Part shown: positions 10,443 through 19,059 of the stretch, piece by piece | Numbering within the stretch: position 1 is the first letter of the stretch | Layout: every line of letters begins with the position of its first letter | From: an uncultured Chthonomonadaceae bacterium | GTDB lineage: Bacteria > Armatimonadota > Chthonomonadetes > Chthonomonadales > Chthonomonadaceae | Direction: 5' to 3' | Assembly: GCA_963835065.1 (NCBI GenBank) | Contig: CAWIEK010000070.1 | Coordinates: forward strand, 1-35,386 | Length of the DNA stretch: 35,386 bases | Made by a program: the position numbers and the translations under genes | Notes under the pieces: model-generated | Databases searched by the model: none | Told to the model about the DNA's origin: nothing | Seen by the model: only the letters and a program-made list of their open reading frames with translations

Positions 10443-10471
10443 AGGATACCATAATCCGCATACTGTGTCAA
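10443..10471 (-). promoter_or_regulatory. Sigma70-type promoter for the sRNA candidate
   Basis: TTGACA (10471-10466), 17-nt spacer ending TGG, TATCCT (10448-10443). Confidence 0.75.
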
Positions 10472-10566
10472 TAACAAATGCCTTAAATCGCACAAATTTT
10501 TGGTATTTTTTCGGAAGTTAGGGTTTGGTTTCAAAGCTATAAGCATCGTATGGCATTTAACCACAT

Positions 10567-10606
10567 AGGAACAGGCGCGTCCTTACACGATGCGCCTGTT
10601 CCTTTT
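10567..10606 (+). terminator. Terminator-like hairpin upstream of the regulator promoter
   Basis: aggaacaggcgc...gcgcctgttcct followed by ttt. Confidence 0.55.
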
Positions 10607-10689
10607 GCCAGAACATGCGACGATTGCGAATAGATTGCAAAAAAACTGCTGTTTTTGATTGTACGCTCCACTTGTCTACGGCTTGCATC

Positions 10690-10698
10690 TGCTATAAT
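10690..10698 (+). promoter_or_regulatory. Extended -10 promoter for the SorC-type regulator
   Basis: TGcTATAAT about 50 nt upstream of ATG 10749. Confidence 0.6.
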
Positions 10699-10748
10699 GA
10701 TACAGCGTAAGAATTCCGCTCCATTGGTTTTGAAAGGATCACGAACAA

Positions 10749-12047
10749 ATGACGACAACAGGGGACAAGCGGAGGGGGCGACGGCCTGCCCTCGAACCGT
10801 CCGACCGAAGGCGGCTTGCAGCGCGTATTGCAAAAATGGTGCTGGTGGATCGGCTGGAACAAAAAGAGATTCTGCAACAATTAACCAAGACGGAGCCAGG
10901 CCTGTCGCATATAGATGCCAGTACGGTGTCGCGCTTGTACCGGTTTGCGCTGGATACGGGCATCGTGCGCGTCCACATTGACGAAAACGCGCCCTTCAAG
11001 CCGCCACGCCTGGAGCATCTGGAGCGCGAATTGGTGGCCGCGTATGAATTGCAGTCCGCCATTGTCGCCGATACCAGCGGGCACGAGGAAACACTGGAAA
11101 GCAGCCTTGCCGATGACCGTCTGCATCAGGCGCTGGGGCAATTGTGCGCCGATTATCTGGACACGATTGTCCGTCAGAATGAAATCGTCGCGCTGTCGTC
11201 GGGCCGCGCCGTGTTTTACGCCTGTGAAAGCCTGTTCAACAAGCATATTTTTGATAAGCGCAACGTGCGCGGCGTGAAAGTGGTTTCCATGAACGGCAAC
11301 ATCGCGGCGGAAGTGTGGAGCATGGAAAGCCCGGACGCCCGCCGCGCTATGGACGCCGACATCAGCGGCGCGTGGCTGGCCCGCGCCTTTCCCGACGCGC
11401 AGCTCATCCGTCTCAGCCTGCCCGTTGCCGTCAAATCCCCGGAAATGGTGCATGACTGGCTCAACGAAGGACCGGGACGCTGGATATCGCCCCAGGTCTG
11501 GCAGGAAAAAGCCAGCCAAAACATCATGTCTACGGGCGCGGTGGTCGAGGATGAAGAGGTGTTCGTGCCCACGCTCGCCCTTGTCGGCATCGGCGGCGTA
11601 CGTCCCAAATCCGGGCATCGCTTCATTGTCGGCCTGCACGAGCCGATGCTGGGCAACCTGCAGCCGGAACTGGGAAAGATGATTGATCTGGTAGAAAAAT
11701 ATTCCAGCAACGGCAAGCAGGGCGTCGGCTGTATTATTGGCGACCTGTGCAACCGCCTGTTCATCACGCTTGCCGCGCGCAAGCAGCTCCCCGCGAATGT
11801 GCTGACGGAGTTGGAAGGCTATGTCAAAGCCATTGACGCGCGGTTGCTTTCCGTCACGTTCGAGCAGTTGTACCACGTGCCGAAAGTGGTTGTCGTGGCG
11901 GGCGGCGCGACCAAGATAGACGCCATTCGCTCGGTGTTGGAGTGGCAGGCGATGGGCTGGAAGCAGCCGATTGTGCATGACCTTTGCACGGACAGAGAAA
12001 CCGCCATGCGCCTCCTCGAATCCAAGCGCAATCCCCGCCGCGTCTGA
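10749..12047 (+). CDS. SorC/DeoR-type sugar-binding transcriptional regulator
   Basis: N-terminal HTH (QKEI..STVSRLYRFALDTGIVRVHI), LERELVAAYELQSAIV, ALSSGRAV, VVVAGGATKIDAIRSVL, LCTDRETA. Confidence 0.9.
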   Translation: MTTTGDKRRGRRPALEPSDRRRLAARIAKMVLVDRLEQKEILQQLTKTEPGLSHIDASTVSRLYRFALDTGIVRVHIDENAPFKPPRLEHLERELVAAYELQSAIVADTSGHEETLESSLADDRLHQALGQLCADYLDTIVRQNEIVALSSGRAVFYACESLFNKHIFDKRNVRGVKVVSMNGNIAAEVWSMESPDARRAMDADISGAWLARAFPDAQLIRLSLPVAVKSPEMVHDWLNEGPGRWISPQVWQEKASQNIMSTGAVVEDEEVFVPTLALVGIGGVRPKSGHRFIVGLHEPMLGNLQPELGKMIDLVEKYSSNGKQGVGCIIGDLCNRLFITLAARKQLPANVLTELEGYVKAIDARLLSVTFEQLYHVPKVVVVAGGATKIDAIRSVLEWQAMGWKQPIVHDLCTDRETAMRLLESKRNPRRV

Positions 12048-12053
12048 CCTTTG

Positions 12054-12089
12054 CAAGTAGATTATCAAGTAGATTATCAAGTAGATTAT
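12054..12089 (+). repeat. Perfect 3x12-bp tandem repeat CAAGTAGATTAT within a putative promoter
   Basis: Three exact copies; TTGCAA at 12051-12056 and TATAAT at 12087-12092. Confidence 0.9.
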
Positions 12090-12106
12090 AATGAAGGGAA
12101 GCCGCA

Positions 12107-13074
12107 ATGTTGCGCGTCGCGTTTCTGAACAGCCACAATTTGTACGACGTAGAACCGCAAAATGTGGATGCGCCTGCGACTTTACGCGAACGCGACACGA
12201 AGATTGCCAATCTTGCTGCGACCCTTCAACAAGTATTTAGAGGCACGTTGCCGGACATCATCGGGTTGTGCGAAGTTGGCTCCTATGCTGTCGGGCAGCA
12301 ATTGAGGGACATCCTCGTTGCTAATTTGCCCTCCTTTCGGTATTGGAGCGTCTGGAGTGGCCTGGGGCCAAATGTGCGTAGCCGCTTTTCAACGGGCTTG
12401 ATGACACTATACAATCCTGACCTTTTGGAGCGGTTGAGAGAGCCATTGCGTCACTCGCCAGCAGTCAATGCTCGTACTCAGTGGCTGGCTGTACCGTTCC
12501 GTCTGAATGCCAATTTGAGTACAGAGTTTTGGTTTGTCGCCAATCACTGGAAGTCAGCAGTCAACGTTGCTCCAGAGGTAATGCAAATACGGCAAATGCA
12601 GAGCGCAAGACAATTGGGGGAGTTCTACTTGGAACTTCCCACCCGTCCTATGCTTCTCATTGGCGACTTTAACTGCGAACCTTTTGACACTCCCTTCAGG
12701 CGTCAGGAAGGAACACGCTTAATGCCTTGCGCGAACGCCGTGCCATACTCACGAAAAACGCGAACGGGTGTAGAGGCGCAATTACCTACTTCTATAATCC
12801 CGCATGGCGCTTGTTAGGCGATCCCGAACATTACGAGACAGCCCAATTGCCGGGCTATGTTCCCTCGCGTCCGCCGGGAACCTATCTTCCGATTAACCGT
12901 CGTACAGGATGGCAAACATTGGACCAGATGCTGGTTTCGCGGCATCTACTGGATGGCGGGCATATAACTTTGCGCGAAGCGTCGGTACAAATTGTCAGCC
13001 CACATAGCAACTGCTCCGATCATTGCGCAATAGGCTGGGAGTTCGATCTAGCAAGGAGTGGACAACCCTTATGA
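12107..13074 (+). CDS. Endonuclease/exonuclease/phosphatase (EEP) family protein, split by one frameshift near 12725
   Basis: AFLNSHNLYD, PDIIGLCEV, NHWKS and GDFNCEPFD in ORF 12107-12817; FYNPAWRLLG, PGTY, LDQMLVS and SDH in ORF 12727-13074. Confidence 0.88.
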
Positions 13075-13514
13075 CGAGCGAATTTTATACAACTCTCGCT
13101 GGAAACACAACGGCAGGCATCAGTGGACAGGCTGCCGTTTTGGATGTTCTTAACGAATTTTGTGAGTCAATCCAAGAGTACGGCAATTCGCCCGAACTCG
13201 CAAAGCGGCTTGCCATGCAGGAGAAAGGACAAGCTGTTCCCCTTGATACACGTCGAGTTAAATGTATCTTGGAACGCGGCCTGCTGGTGAATATGGGGCA
13301 GGAATGGCGCGTCAAACTAAGCGCTACGCAACGAAATTATGAGCAGATTTTATTGCGTGCCTATGTTTCTGTTAAAGGCTACCCGGTCATGTTAGACTTG
13401 TACGAAGAAGATATGATTGAATGTAAAAGGGAGGCCACTCTGCGCAGACATTTGAAAGAGTTTCTGAGTCAATCCTCTACCGCAGATTTAGTGGCTCTGT
13501 TCGCAGCGCAGTAA
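13071..13514 (+). CDS. Hypothetical 147-aa protein translationally coupled to the EEP gene
   Basis: ATGA overlap at 13071-13074; AAGGAG RBS at 13053-13058; followed by a strong hairpin. Confidence 0.8.
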   Translation: MTSEFYTTLAGNTTAGISGQAAVLDVLNEFCESIQEYGNSPELAKRLAMQEKGQAVPLDTRRVKCILERGLLVNMGQEWRVKLSATQRNYEQILLRAYVSVKGYPVMLDLYEEDMIECKREATLRRHLKEFLSQSSTADLVALFAAQ

Positions 13515-13548
13515 GGCAGTCGTGTATCGCAGTGTCGATTATACTTGC

Positions 13549-13589
13549 TCAGCGTCCGCTTCTAAACCAAGCAAAGAAGCGGACGCTGA
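13549..13589. terminator. 15-bp perfect hairpin closing the EEP operon
   Basis: tcagcgtccgcttct-11 nt-agaagcggacgctga. Confidence 0.7.
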
Positions 13590-13699
13590 AGTGTTTCAAG
13601 CTGATTAACGCCTTTGATGAGGCAGGAAATCGCTGTTTCCATCCCGAACATAAAGGGCAGACAGAGGAATCACTCTAGAGTCTGATTGGAGAAACGACT

Positions 13700-14968
13700 A
13701 TGGAAGGTCACATACTGCTTCGTTCGTTGAAACTGAGAAACATACTGTCTTACGGTAACGAAGGGGTTGAAATCGAACTTCAACCTCTGAATGTTCTTGT
13801 CGGCCCGAACGGTTCCGGCAAGTCCAACCTTATCGAAGTCTTGCGCTTGCTAAAAGCTTCTCCGTTTGACTTCACACTACCAATCATACATGGTGGTGGT
13901 ATTCAGTGAATGGCTTTGGAAAGGTGGCGAGGTACCTTAGAGCAATTTTACCGCGCCTATCGCAAGCCCTAATTCAAGCCAAAATAGATGATTAGTCGTT
14001 CTATGATTTTCGAAATGTAAACTTAATCTCTCACGTGTTCAAAATCAGCTGCAATCATGACAAGCGATTATACATTAAATCTCGAGGACATATCTGTATT
14101 GTACAGAAACGGCTGAAAATGTCAGTATGTTCTCGAATGTACGAGGCATAAAATAGCATCTATCAGTTTCACAAGTAGGTAAAAAATATGCGATAGTATG
14201 AAAGTTAGTACCGGAATGGCGAAATATCGAACTCGATGGAGCTAAGACTTAGAAAAGAACCAATCTATTTTGTCTCAGCGCAATGATCCAGAGAGCCTAT
14301 CCCTCACTAGCTTCATTGCAGTATACATATCAAGAATTCTCGTTTCTTCACCGATGCGCCTTTTGGACGTGGTTCTGCTCCACGTATGCCACAAAGCGCG
14401 GATGCAGACGCTTCGTTTCTTGCCGAAGATTACAGCAATCTGGCTTTGGTTCTGAACGAGATGCAGCTTAACGTTGGCGCGTTTCGACGCTCTGCTTGAA
14501 AACCTGAAATTGTTCTATGAGCGCGTGGAAACCATTGTGCCGCGAGTCAGCTATGGAACCGTGCAGTTGTACTTTCAGGAGCGGGGATTGCAGCAGCTTG
14601 TCCCGGCAACGCGATTGTCGGACGGCACACTGCGCTACCTCTGCCTGCTGGCTATTTTGTGCCATCCCTCGCCGCCGTCCCTCATCTGTATCGAGGAACC
14701 GGAATTGGGCATGCATCCCGACATTCTGCCGACGCTTGCCAAACTGCTCATTGAAGCGTCACAACGCACCCAACTGATTGTCACGACCCACTCCGATATT
14801 TTGCTGTCTGCGTTTTCGGATATTCCCGAAGCTGTGATTGTTTGCGAACATGATGATAAAGGTACATCACTGAAACGCCTTAACAAAGAAGACCTTCAAA
14901 TCTGGCTGAAAGATTTCGCGCTTGGAGAAGCGTGGCTCAAAGGCGCTTTTGGAGGAACGCGGTGGTAA
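13700..14968 (+). pseudogene. AAA_21/ABC-type ATPase with multiple frameshifts and a degraded middle
   Basis: Walker A GPNGSGKSN; fragments EWLWKGG, QSILSQRNDP and FGRGSAPRMPQSAD..FLAEDYSNLALVLN in different frames; LSDGTLR, IEEPELGMHP and TTHS intact. Confidence 0.88.
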
Positions 14969-15591
14969 AGCAGATCGTGTTCTACATCGAAGGCGGAAGG
15001 GGCACAAGATACGACATTGAGTTTCGGCAGGCGTTTCATACGTTCTTTGCGGAAATTGAAGCGATTGCAAGGCAGAAGGGCATTGGATTTCGGCCTCGCC
15101 TTGCCGGTTCCCGCCGAAAAACGTATGAACTCTTCTGCAACGAACTCATGCGGGAAGCCGCCACTCTGCACATATTGCTCGTGGACTCGGAAGCGCCCGT
15201 TGCAGAATTCGGCAAGTGCTGGAAGCATTTGAAAGAACGCTCCGGGGATGAGTGGGACTGTCCGCCGGGAGCGGATGACAGTCACTGTCACCTGATGGTG
15301 GAAGCGATGGAAGCATGGTTCTTTGCCGACCCGGAAGCGCTTGCGGGCTATTACGGCCAGAAGTTTAATGCCAACGCCCTGCCCAAGCGCCAAAACGTCG
15401 AAGACATTCCCAAAATCGAACACATTTCCAGTCTGGAAGCGGCAACAAAGCCGACGCAAAAAGGCCGTTACGACAAATTCGGCCATGCGCCCGAAATTCT
15501 CATGCGCCTTGATGTCAGCAAAGTGCGTGAACGCGCTCCACACTGCGAACGCATCTTTACCACGCTTGCTGATCTCATTGCCGCTTTGTAA
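14962..15591 (+). CDS. DUF4276 family (TOPRIM/RloB-like) partner of the AAA ATPase
   Basis: GTG start overlapping the ATPase stop with GGAGG RBS; FYIEGG, LLVDSEAPV, HLMVEAMEAWFFADPEAL, YDKFGH. Confidence 0.85.
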   Translation: MVKQIVFYIEGGRGTRYDIEFRQAFHTFFAEIEAIARQKGIGFRPRLAGSRRKTYELFCNELMREAATLHILLVDSEAPVAEFGKCWKHLKERSGDEWDCPPGADDSHCHLMVEAMEAWFFADPEALAGYYGQKFNANALPKRQNVEDIPKIEHISSLEAATKPTQKGRYDKFGHAPEILMRLDVSKVRERAPHCERIFTTLADLIAAL

Positions 15592-15660
15592 TCTTTGCAA
15601 ACCTTCTTTGCGCTCTCTGTCTTGCACATCTTCCTTTTCTAATGAACTTATTGGGATAGG

Positions 15661-15694
15661 TTCCCCTTCTCCCAACTTTGGGAGGGGTTGAGGG
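15661..15694. repeat. Degenerate REP-like hairpin between convergent genes
   Basis: ccccttctcccaactttgggaggggttgaggg, similar to 7586-7630. Confidence 0.5.
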
Positions 15695-15709
15695 CCGGTG
15701 GAAATGGCT

Positions 15710-16744
15710 CTAAGGTACTGCGAAACGGTCACGCGCCTGCCGAACTGCCGCTTGTACCCGCTGTTGAAGCAGGGCGTGGTAGCGGGGCGCGTCTACCGTC
15801 AGCGCGGCCCGGCAGGGCGGCGGCAGCAATGCTTCTTCTTCCGTGGACGCGCTGATGGGATTGCCTTCCAGATAAATGACTTTGCCCCGTTCCTCGCCCT
15901 GCGTGACCACGCTGCAATACGCGGGCGCAAATGTCAAGATGGCAGGATCAATCTGAATTGCCAGCGTCAGGGCGTCGTGCATGGGCGAGCGGGTATTGTG
16001 GATTTCACGGAACCAGACGCGGTGCATTCCCGCCAGCGCATCGGCAAGCGGCCCGCCAATCGCTTCCAATACTTCCACGTCTTCCAGCGTCATCTCGGTT
16101 TGCCTGGTGACATTCAAGCCGATAAGGGTAATCGGTACGCCTGATTGCAGCACGATTTCGGCGGCAATGGGATCGCAGGCGATGTTATGCTCGCTCCGCG
16201 CGTTTTGGTGTCCATACCCGCCGAAGTCCGCCGCCATTGCGATGATTTGTCCGATTTTGCCGGTTTGTTCCGGGTAATCGCGGAAAGCGAGGGCAAGATT
16301 GGTCATGGCTCCGATGGGGCAGACCGTGAGCGGCGTTCCCGCATCGGCGCACTGCTGCGCACATTCGGCAATAAACCGCGCGGCCTCCTGAGACATATCG
16401 CCAGCGTGGCATTCGGGTTTTGCTCCCCTGCGGGAATGCTCGCTAAATCCATGCCTTCGCCTTCAAAGCCGCCCCAGCCGCGATGCTCATCGGGCGTCAG
16501 GCTCGACCCGGCTCCTGCAAAACGGGTACATCTTCGCGCCCTAACAGGTTCAGTATCCGCCGCGCAATGCGGGCGCGCAGCGCCGTGTCGTTGTTGACCG
16601 TCGTAACGCCGCGCAGCGTAAATTCCGGGACTGACCGCCGCGAGAATCAGCGCGTACGCATCGTCTATATCCGTGCCGATGTCGGTGTCCAGCAATAGCG
16701 GTATTGCCGACAGGGGCAGGGTGGGCGTGCGCAGAAGCGGTCAT
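15710..16744 (-). pseudogene. Inosine/uridine-preferring nucleoside hydrolase, several frameshifts in the 5' third
   Basis: LDTDIGTDIDDAYAL, IGAMTNLA, EHNIACDPIAA, GLNVT and PMHDAL motifs distributed over ORFs 16550-16744, 16303-16695 and 15710-16396. Confidence 0.88.
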
Positions 16745-16863
16745 GGCAACTCCTTGTTTTCCGGTGTTATTCCCGAATGATTGTTTTCACAGGTTCCTGT
16801 CTGTTTTTCTCCCCTTTTTCGCAGAATAGTGCCTGTGAAAGCGTCTTCATCACAGGGAATGGT

Positions 16864-17168
16864 GTGACAACTCCCCAGGCGTAAACGCCGGGGCTTCTAC
16901 GGTTTGCACCGATGGTATATTGCCCTATACCCATTGGTTACGGAGCAACCCGGCAGATTTTCTACCAGACAGGATTAACGTTTTGAGTTTGGAAACCGTC
17001 GGAACCTTCACTCTGCCCTTGCTCAATCTGATTGGTAGCAGTGTACCAGACAAGCAAACAGGCGTCAAGAGCGGCAGGGGAGATTGCAAAGCCATTTGCT
17101 GAGACAAAAGTTTCGCAACAGGAAGTCCATTCCTCTATATGCGTAAACGCAGTGGCTTTCTGGACTTG
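16864..17168 (-). mobile_element. Non-autonomous IS200/IS605-type element (PATE/MITE-like) without tnpA/tnpB
   Basis: Two subterminal hairpins share GCGTAAACGC in the same orientation (16873-16893; 17123-17167); the minus strand ends GAAGCCCCGGCGTTTACGCCTGGGGAGTTGTCAC, a typical right end. Confidence 0.75.
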
Positions 17169-17189
17169 TATGGTAAAATACGTTATAAT
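17161..17189 (+). promoter_or_regulatory. Putative sigma70 promoter with -35 inside the IS-like element end
   Basis: TGGACT-17 nt-TATAAT. Confidence 0.5.
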
Positions 17190-17282
17190 AGAATCTATCT
17201 CCCTGCGCCGGCAAGCGCGGGACGCGCCATGTGGCGCAAAAGCCGGATGCCGTGTTTTTGCCTCATGGAAAAGGAGTAAGTT

Positions 17283-17828
17283 ATGGCGAGAGTAGTAGGA
17301 CGCGCCAGGCCGCGCGGCGAAGGCGTCGGAACCTCAATGAAAATGTCGGAAACGGGCATTTTCATTGTGGCCGCAATCATCGGCGTTCTGGCCTTGAAGT
17401 ATTATTTTGTGGATTATCGTCACTCGCCCGGCTACGTGCTGCAAACCTTCATCAGCGCGATGAAATCCGGCAATGTGGAAGAGCAGTACAGCCTGCTGGA
17501 TGCCGCAGACAAACAAGCGTTTCCGTCCCGAAAGAAATATGAAGACGCTTTCAAGGGATCGCGCGGCTATACGGAGCGTATCGCGGGCAGCAATTTCGCC
17601 AAGCCGGTTCCCGATCCCAAAGACCCATCCCTCATTTCCATCATGGCGACCCTGCAAATGCGTGGTCAAGCGGGCAAAGACCTGACGGATAATGGAACCA
17701 CGGCGACGGTGACGGACAAGTACGTCCTGCGTAAAGACTCGGAAGGCAACTGGAAAATCGTCTTGTCGCAATCGGATACGCGCAACATGCTGAAACTGAC
17801 GCCCAATCCGCCCAGCGACCCCTGGTAA
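17283..17828 (+). CDS. Membrane-anchored hypothetical protein (NTF2-like/DUF4878-like)
   Basis: AAGGAG RBS; single TM; SPGYVLQTFISAMKSGNVEEQYSLL...GNWKIV pattern. Confidence 0.8.
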   Translation: MARVVGRARPRGEGVGTSMKMSETGIFIVAAIIGVLALKYYFVDYRHSPGYVLQTFISAMKSGNVEEQYSLLDAADKQAFPSRKKYEDAFKGSRGYTERIAGSNFAKPVPDPKDPSLISIMATLQMRGQAGKDLTDNGTTATVTDKYVLRKDSEGNWKIVLSQSDTRNMLKLTPNPPSDPW

Positions 17829-18004
17829 CGCGCCGCGCAGACGCTGTTTATTACCAAAGGCGTCCTATTCGCGCCAGAGTTCAAAACCCTGTTCCGTCTC
17901 ATTCTCTTGAATCATTGTTTCCAGCAGTGATTCCGCCCTTGTTTTTCATTCTTTTTCAGCCTTTGGCTTGCTTCACTTGTATCCTGAGACTAAAGGAATT
18001 TTTC

Positions 18005-18958
18005 ATGGTTATTTGCTCCCGATGTGAACAGCCCGTGGATGAGACCACGCGCACCACCTGTCCGTTGTGCTTCACGCCCCTGCCCGTACCCGGCAATGCA
18101 GCGCAGCCAACGGCCCCGCCTGCGCCCGCTCCGCAGGCTCCCGGCATGATGCCGGGCCAGAACTATGCGCCCCAGGCAGGCGGCGTACCGCCGCTTGCGC
18201 CGCCGAACGCGATGCCTCCCGGCGCGTCACCGCTCAATGCCGCGCCCAACGCGATGCCGGCCATTCGCCCGATGCCCACCGCCGCGCCTATGAGTGTGCC
18301 TGTCTCCGCGCCGCCAATGGCTGCCAATCAGCGCATGACGCTGACGGGCGAAATCATCGAGGCGCCGCAGCCGATGTCTTCGGCCCCGGCTGCCGGCAAT
18401 TCGCAGTACCAGGCGCGCACTTCCGGCAGCGCGCCGCGCCAGCCGGAGAAAGTGGAGCGCGCCCGTCCCAACATCGGCTTGATCGTTCTCGTCATCGCCC
18501 TGCTTGGCGGCGGTGGCGGCGGCTGGTATTTCTGGATGCACCGCACCAATCCCAAAGACCAGGCGCAAAAATTCTTGGATGCCATAAAGATTATGGATAC
18601 CAAAGCCCTGTACCAGACAACGGAAAACGATTCCAAGAGCGAAGACGATTTCGTAAAAGAAAAGGAAGCCTCTCCCCAGTATGCGCTCGGCAAAACCTTT
18701 GTGACAGCCCTGCTGTCGGGCATTCAGTTCAAAGCGGGCCAGCCCAAATACAACGGCATGAACGAAGCCACCGTTCCGGTCACCATGAGCGGTTCTGCAA
18801 GTTTGTTTCCCGGCCAGAAGGGGCAGGAAATCAGTAAAACGATTGATCTCCCCATGAAAAACTTCAACGGTATCTGGAAGGTTTCCAAAGACAGCTCGCT
18901 TGCGGGCGGCGCAGGCGGCATGATGGGCAAAATGGGCAGTATCGGCGGCGCGAAGTAA
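18005..18958 (+). CDS. Zinc ribbon + Pro-rich linker + TM + NTF2-like domain protein
   Basis: ATG 18005 with AAGGA RBS; CSRC..CPLC; TM IGLIVLVIALLGGGGGGWYFW; NPKDQAQKFLDAI...GIWKV. Confidence 0.8.
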   Translation: MVICSRCEQPVDETTRTTCPLCFTPLPVPGNAAQPTAPPAPAPQAPGMMPGQNYAPQAGGVPPLAPPNAMPPGASPLNAAPNAMPAIRPMPTAAPMSVPVSAPPMAANQRMTLTGEIIEAPQPMSSAPAAGNSQYQARTSGSAPRQPEKVERARPNIGLIVLVIALLGGGGGGWYFWMHRTNPKDQAQKFLDAIKIMDTKALYQTTENDSKSEDDFVKEKEASPQYALGKTFVTALLSGIQFKAGQPKYNGMNEATVPVTMSGSASLFPGQKGQEISKTIDLPMKNFNGIWKVSKDSSLAGGAGGMMGKMGSIGGAK

Positions 18959-19059
18959 ACAGTTCCTTATCTCTATTTCACTCCGCCATAGCCACTCGCG
19001 CAACAACATTCCTATCGCATTTCAATTGCACAGCCATTCCAACAGGAGGAAACATCCCA

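Noticed and set aside
10550..10633. Small ORF MAFNHIGTGASLHDAPVPFARTCDDCE
   Set aside because: No RBS and it overlaps a terminator-like hairpin; no coding support
12054..12089. CRISPR array interpretation of this or other tandem repeats
   Set aside because: Repeats are 7-12 bp and contiguous with no unique spacers; no cas genes in the window
12715..12735. Programmed ribosomal frameshift in the EEP gene
   Set aside because: No slippery heptamer or stimulatory hairpin; similar indels occur in unrelated genes
13920..14260. Diversity-generating retroelement variable region
   Set aside because: Damage is indel-rich, and no template repeat or reverse transcriptase is visible in the window
16920..17107. 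60-aa ORFs inside the IS-like element as transposase remnants
   Set aside because: No HuH/Y1 or TnpB zinc-finger/RuvC motifs in the translations
17200..17270. c-di-GMP-I riboswitch-like words (GGCAA...GGCGCAAAAGCCGG) here and at 20300-20390
   Set aside because: No GNRA tetraloop/receptor stems in the required arrangement
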